A stretch of DNA of 64,000 nt from a bacterium (GTDB taxonomy: Bacteria > Sumerlaeota > Sumerlaeia > MVZB01). The stretch covers positions 22,646 to 86,645 of the forward strand of contig JAJFUE010000029.1 in NCBI GenBank assembly GCA_021372575.1, given 5' to 3'. The notes beneath the pieces were generated by a model. The model did no database searches and was not told where the DNA came from. It saw only the letters and a program-made list of their open reading frames with translations. Below are positions 61,251 through 64,000 of this stretch, piece by piece. The position numbers were made by a program, and so were the translations under genes. Within the stretch, counting starts at the first letter, position 1, and each line of letters begins with the position of its first letter.

Positions 61251-64000
61251 TTATTCGTACAGCTGCCACCATTCGGCGGCGTTCGAGTTCGCGATCCTGA
61301 CGGTGACGGCCGTGGCGTTGACCGTCTGGGCCACCGCTGCCGGCGTGGCGATCAGCGCGTCGCGGACGCTGATCTTCGTCGGGCCCACGGGCGCGTTCGG
61401 CAGGGCCTTCAGCGTAAACATCAGGACCTTGCCCTCGCCGCTGAAGCCCGTAAGCGAACCGCGGACAATGCCCGAGGTGCACGACTGCGAGGCCGGCCCG
61501 ACGTCGGTCTGCACGCGAAGCGGATCGCCGCTTTCGCCCCGGCTCAGCAGGTTCAGATCCTGCCAGCTGATGTAGCTCAGGCATTTGTCGTCGAACGCCA
61601 GGCCGAGCTGGACCGCGCCGATCGTGTAGCCCTTGAGATGGACCGCGACGGTGAATGTCTCGCCCTGCCTGACGACGGGGCTCGAGGCCAACAGCGTGAC
61701 GTCCGCCGTGAACGTGGCCTGCGGCCGCGGCGAGGCGGCCGTCCGCTGCGGGTAGGTCGTCTGCCCGAAGCACAAGACCACCATCTTCCAATCGGCCGAG
61801 TCGATCTTGCCGTCGTGGTTCAGGTCGTAACGCGCGTCGTAGGGCTTGCCCTTGCTGGTGAAGTGGCTGAGGATGATCAACAGATCGAGCACATCGACCT
61901 TGTTGTCGCCGTTGAAGTCGGCCGTGAGCGGAGCGGGCCAGCGGGCATCCAGAAGCAGGTCCGCGTAGCCGGTCTGCGAGCCGTTGTTCACCACGAGCCG
62001 CAGCTTGTAGTAGCCGGCCATGTCGGTCTTGAGCGTGGCCTTGGACGACGTCGCGCCGCCGAGGACCGGCTTGCTGCCGGCGGGCGACTTGACGATCGAC
62101 CACTGGTAGGTCAGGGCGCGGCCGCGCGGATCGTAGCTCGACGAACCGTCAAGCGTCTCGGTGTGGCCGACGCAGATGATGTTGTCGGAATACGGCGCCT
62201 TCGCGATCGCGACCGGCAGGAACAGCTGGTTGACGGTCACGGTGACCGTGGCCGTGGCGCTGCCGCCGCGGCCGTCGCTGATCGTGTATTGGAAGCTGTC
62301 CGTGCCGTAGTAATTGGTGACCGGCCGATACGTGATCGTGCCGTTCACGTTCGTGAAGGTCGTCCCGTGGGCCGGATTGGTCACGGATGTGATCGACAAC
62401 GGATCCCCGTCGGGGTCGCTGTCGTTGGCCAGGACGGGAATGGTGAGCGCGGTGTTCTGCGTCGTGGAGACGGACTCATTGACCGCCTTCGGGCTGCGGT
62501 TGAGCACGAGGTCATCGACGGGGCAGGCTCCTATCACGTCAAGCACCAGCGATGCCGCGCCGAGCGTGCCGCCGCGGGCCTCGACGATCAGCTTGTCGCC
62601 GTTCGAATAGCTGAAGAACGACCCGCCGCCCGAGGCGCGGATCGAGCCCAGCGGCACGCACCAGTAACCGCCCTCGGTCACGAGGGCCGACAGCATGCCC
62701 GAGCGCCCGGCCGTGCCGGCGCCGTTCTGGTCTTCAACCTGGACGTGAACGATCGTGCCGTAGGCGAGATTAACGTGGTTGTAAATATAAACCTGGCCGT
62801 ATGCGTTGCCGAACGGCGGCAGGCCGATGTCGGCCCCGGTCATGACCGAGTAATGCGCGCCGCCGTTGTTGTCGCGAACGCCGTTGGTGATCACGTCGAA
62901 GTAGTAGCGCGTGTTCGCTTCAAGCCCCGTCACATTGACGAAATGCGTGCTGGAGCTGGTTGCGACGCCGCGGACATCCGTTGCGGAGCGGCCGAGCCCC
63001 GCCGTGGTTCCGAATTCAACGGAACCGGTCGCGTTGGCGTCGGTCGTCCAGGACACCGTAAACGAATTCTGCGTGACGTTGCTCACCTGGACGGGCGTCG
63101 TCGTCGCGACCGGCATGACGCCGGCCGGCTCGGAAACCTGCGGCCCGGTTTCGGTTTGGGCCTCGGGTTCCGCCGCCGGTTGCGCCTGCGCCGGAGCGGT
63201 CAACGTATATGTGGAACTGCCGGTGCATTTGACGATGTAACACACGCCGGGGTTGACGTCGAAGTTGCTGAACGGCCGCCCCATGATGTGCGATTGCCAC
63301 AGGCCCGTCTCGCGGACGAAGCGGATCACTTCGGTGACGGAGCCGCCCTGCTGGTTGATCGCGATGCCCAGCGCCTCGGCCTTGGTGTTCGGAGCCCAGC
63401 CCGGAAGCGCGATCGGGTTATATCCGGCAGCCAGGCCGATCAACAGCGGGCTGGTGATGGCGGGGCTTTCCTGGATCCACTGGCTGGCCGTGCCGGTCTT
63501 GACAAAGTAACCGGCGCCATTCTGGATGTTGAAGTTGTTGGAGGACGAGCCATCGGCATGCGACTGCCAGCCGCCCGTGCCCAGGTAACGGTATGCGTTC
63601 ACGGCCGTGCCGCCATCGGAATTGATATCGTCGATGAGGCCTTGCGCGGTGTAGCCCACGTTGACGGCCGGGCCGACCGGGTTGTAGCCGGCGCCCAGTT
63701 CGATGACGAAGCGGCTGCCGGGGGTCGATCCATACGTCGCATATGCGGTGGCGTTGCCGCTCTCGGTGATCGCGACGGTCTGGTCGGCCGGCGTCACCCA
63801 GCCGGTCTTGGGCTGGAACGTGAGCGTATAGGTGCCGGCCGGATACGCGACCGTCGCCCCGCCGTTGTGCCAGACGATCGGGTTGGGCGCCTCCTCGCGG
63901 CCCTTCAGGTGCCATGAGGCCGAGGAGCAGGCGGGGGGATTGACCGTGACGGTCAGGTTGCCGTTGCGCGGGTTGTAGATCCCGACCTTGGACTGCTGGA
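61251..64000 (-). CDS. Large secreted multidomain surface protein (dockerin-like, PKD/Ig-like, FN3-like repeats); the N-terminus probably lies beyond the window
   Basis: C-terminal dockerin-like DVLDLLIILSHF…DLNHDGKIDSADW. Ig-like/cadherin-like segment (…SFQYTISDGRGGSATATVTVTV…). FN3-like segment (…FTVSWTTDANATGSVEFG…TRYYFDV). About 150-aa internal repeats near the N-terminal side. The frame stays open past 63797. Confidence 0.55.
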   Translation of the reverse strand, partial: QQSKVGIYNPRNGNLTVTVNPPACSSASWHLKGREEAPNPIVWHNGGATVAYPAGTYTLTFQPKTGWVTPADQTVAITESGNATAYATYGSTPGSRFVIELGAGYNPVGPAVNVGYTAQGLIDDINSDGGTAVNAYRYLGTGGWQSHADGSSSNNFNIQNGAGYFVKTGTASQWIQESPAITSPLLIGLAAGYNPIALPGWAPNTKAEALGIAINQQGGSVTEVIRFVRETGLWQSHIMGRPFSNFDVNPGVCYIVKCTGSSTYTLTAPAQAQPAAEPEAQTETGPQVSEPAGVMPVATTTPVQVSNVTQNSFTVSWTTDANATGSVEFGTTAGLGRSATDVRGVATSSSTHFVNVTGLEANTRYYFDVITNGVRDNNGGAHYSVMTGADIGLPPFGNAYGQVYIYNHVNLAYGTIVHVQVEDQNGAGTAGRSGMLSALVTEGGYWCVPLGSIRASGGGSFFSYSNGDKLIVEARGGTLGAASLVLDVIGACPVDDLVLNRSPKAVNESVSTTQNTALTIPVLANDSDPDGDPLSITSVTNPAHGTTFTNVNGTITYRPVTNYYGTDSFQYTISDGRGGSATATVTVTVNQLFLPVAIAKAPYSDNIICVGHTETLDGSSSYDPRGRALTYQWSIVKSPAGSKPVLGGATSSKATLKTDMAGYYKLRLVVNNGSQTGYADLLLDARWPAPLTADFNGDNKVDVLDLLIILSHFTSKGKPYDARYDLNHDGKIDSADWKMVVLCFGQTTYPQRTAASPRPQATFTADVTLLASSPVVRQGETFTVAVHLKGYTIGAVQLGLAFDDKCLSYISWQDLNLLSRGESGDPLRVQTDVGPASQSCTSGIVRGSLTGFSGEGKVLMFTLKALPNAPVGPTKISVRDALIATPAAVAQTVNATAVTVRIANSNAAEWWQLYE

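Noticed and set aside
61638-63917. 759-aa plus ORF
   Set aside because: Antisense to the large surface-protein gene. Arg/Gly/Asp-rich with no domain structure, whereas the minus frame yields dockerin-like, Ig-like and FN3-like modules.

Overview
High-GC (about 65%) bacterial chromosomal window with two lower-GC, integrase-associated accessory regions. (1) The partial 3' end of an MMPL/RND-type transporter gene and a lipoprotein gene. (2) A complete Rrf2-sufBCDS-sufT Fe-S cluster assembly operon on the minus strand, whose intercistronic spacers carry unusual hexanucleotide and palindromic repeats. (3) A small accessory patch (about 11.7-14.6 kb) with hypothetical, repeat-containing genes and a 26-bp palindromic element family, followed by a cofactor-independent phosphoglycerate mutase and a domain-minimal sigma54 activator that carries an in-frame copy of that palindromic element. 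(4) A tRNA-Gln/tRNA-Glu pair. (5) A roughly 23 kb integrative island inserted at the tRNA-Glu 3' end (48-bp direct repeats at 17243-17290 and 40248-40295). It carries a tyrosine integrase, an AT-rich defence-like module (Hachiman-like DUF1837-like protein plus SF2 helicase, and an uncharacterised four-gene operon: hypothetical, DprA/SLOG-like, Hsp70-NBD+TPR, short UvrD-like helicase), IS3-like and IS481-like insertion sequences, and a glycosylated-carotenoid biosynthesis cluster (crtB, crtI, alpha/beta hydrolase, crtE, GT2, crtD-like, cruF-like). (6) A NitT/TauT-type ABC transporter. (7) A second low-GC region (43.3-50.3 kb) ending in a second tyrosine integrase and encoding a carbamoyltransferase, a kinase-like protein, a radical SAM enzyme and a small Cys-rich protein. 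(8) A group 3b-like NiFe hydrogenase operon (hydB-like, cNMP-binding protein, hydG, hydD, hydA) with a maturation protease and a truncated hypA-like gene plus hypFCDE. (9) A lipoprotein gene and a large dockerin/Ig-like repeat surface protein (partial). No rRNA and no CRISPR array were seen. Many long Arg/Gly-rich ORFs in the six-frame track are antisense or off-frame artefacts of the high GC content.
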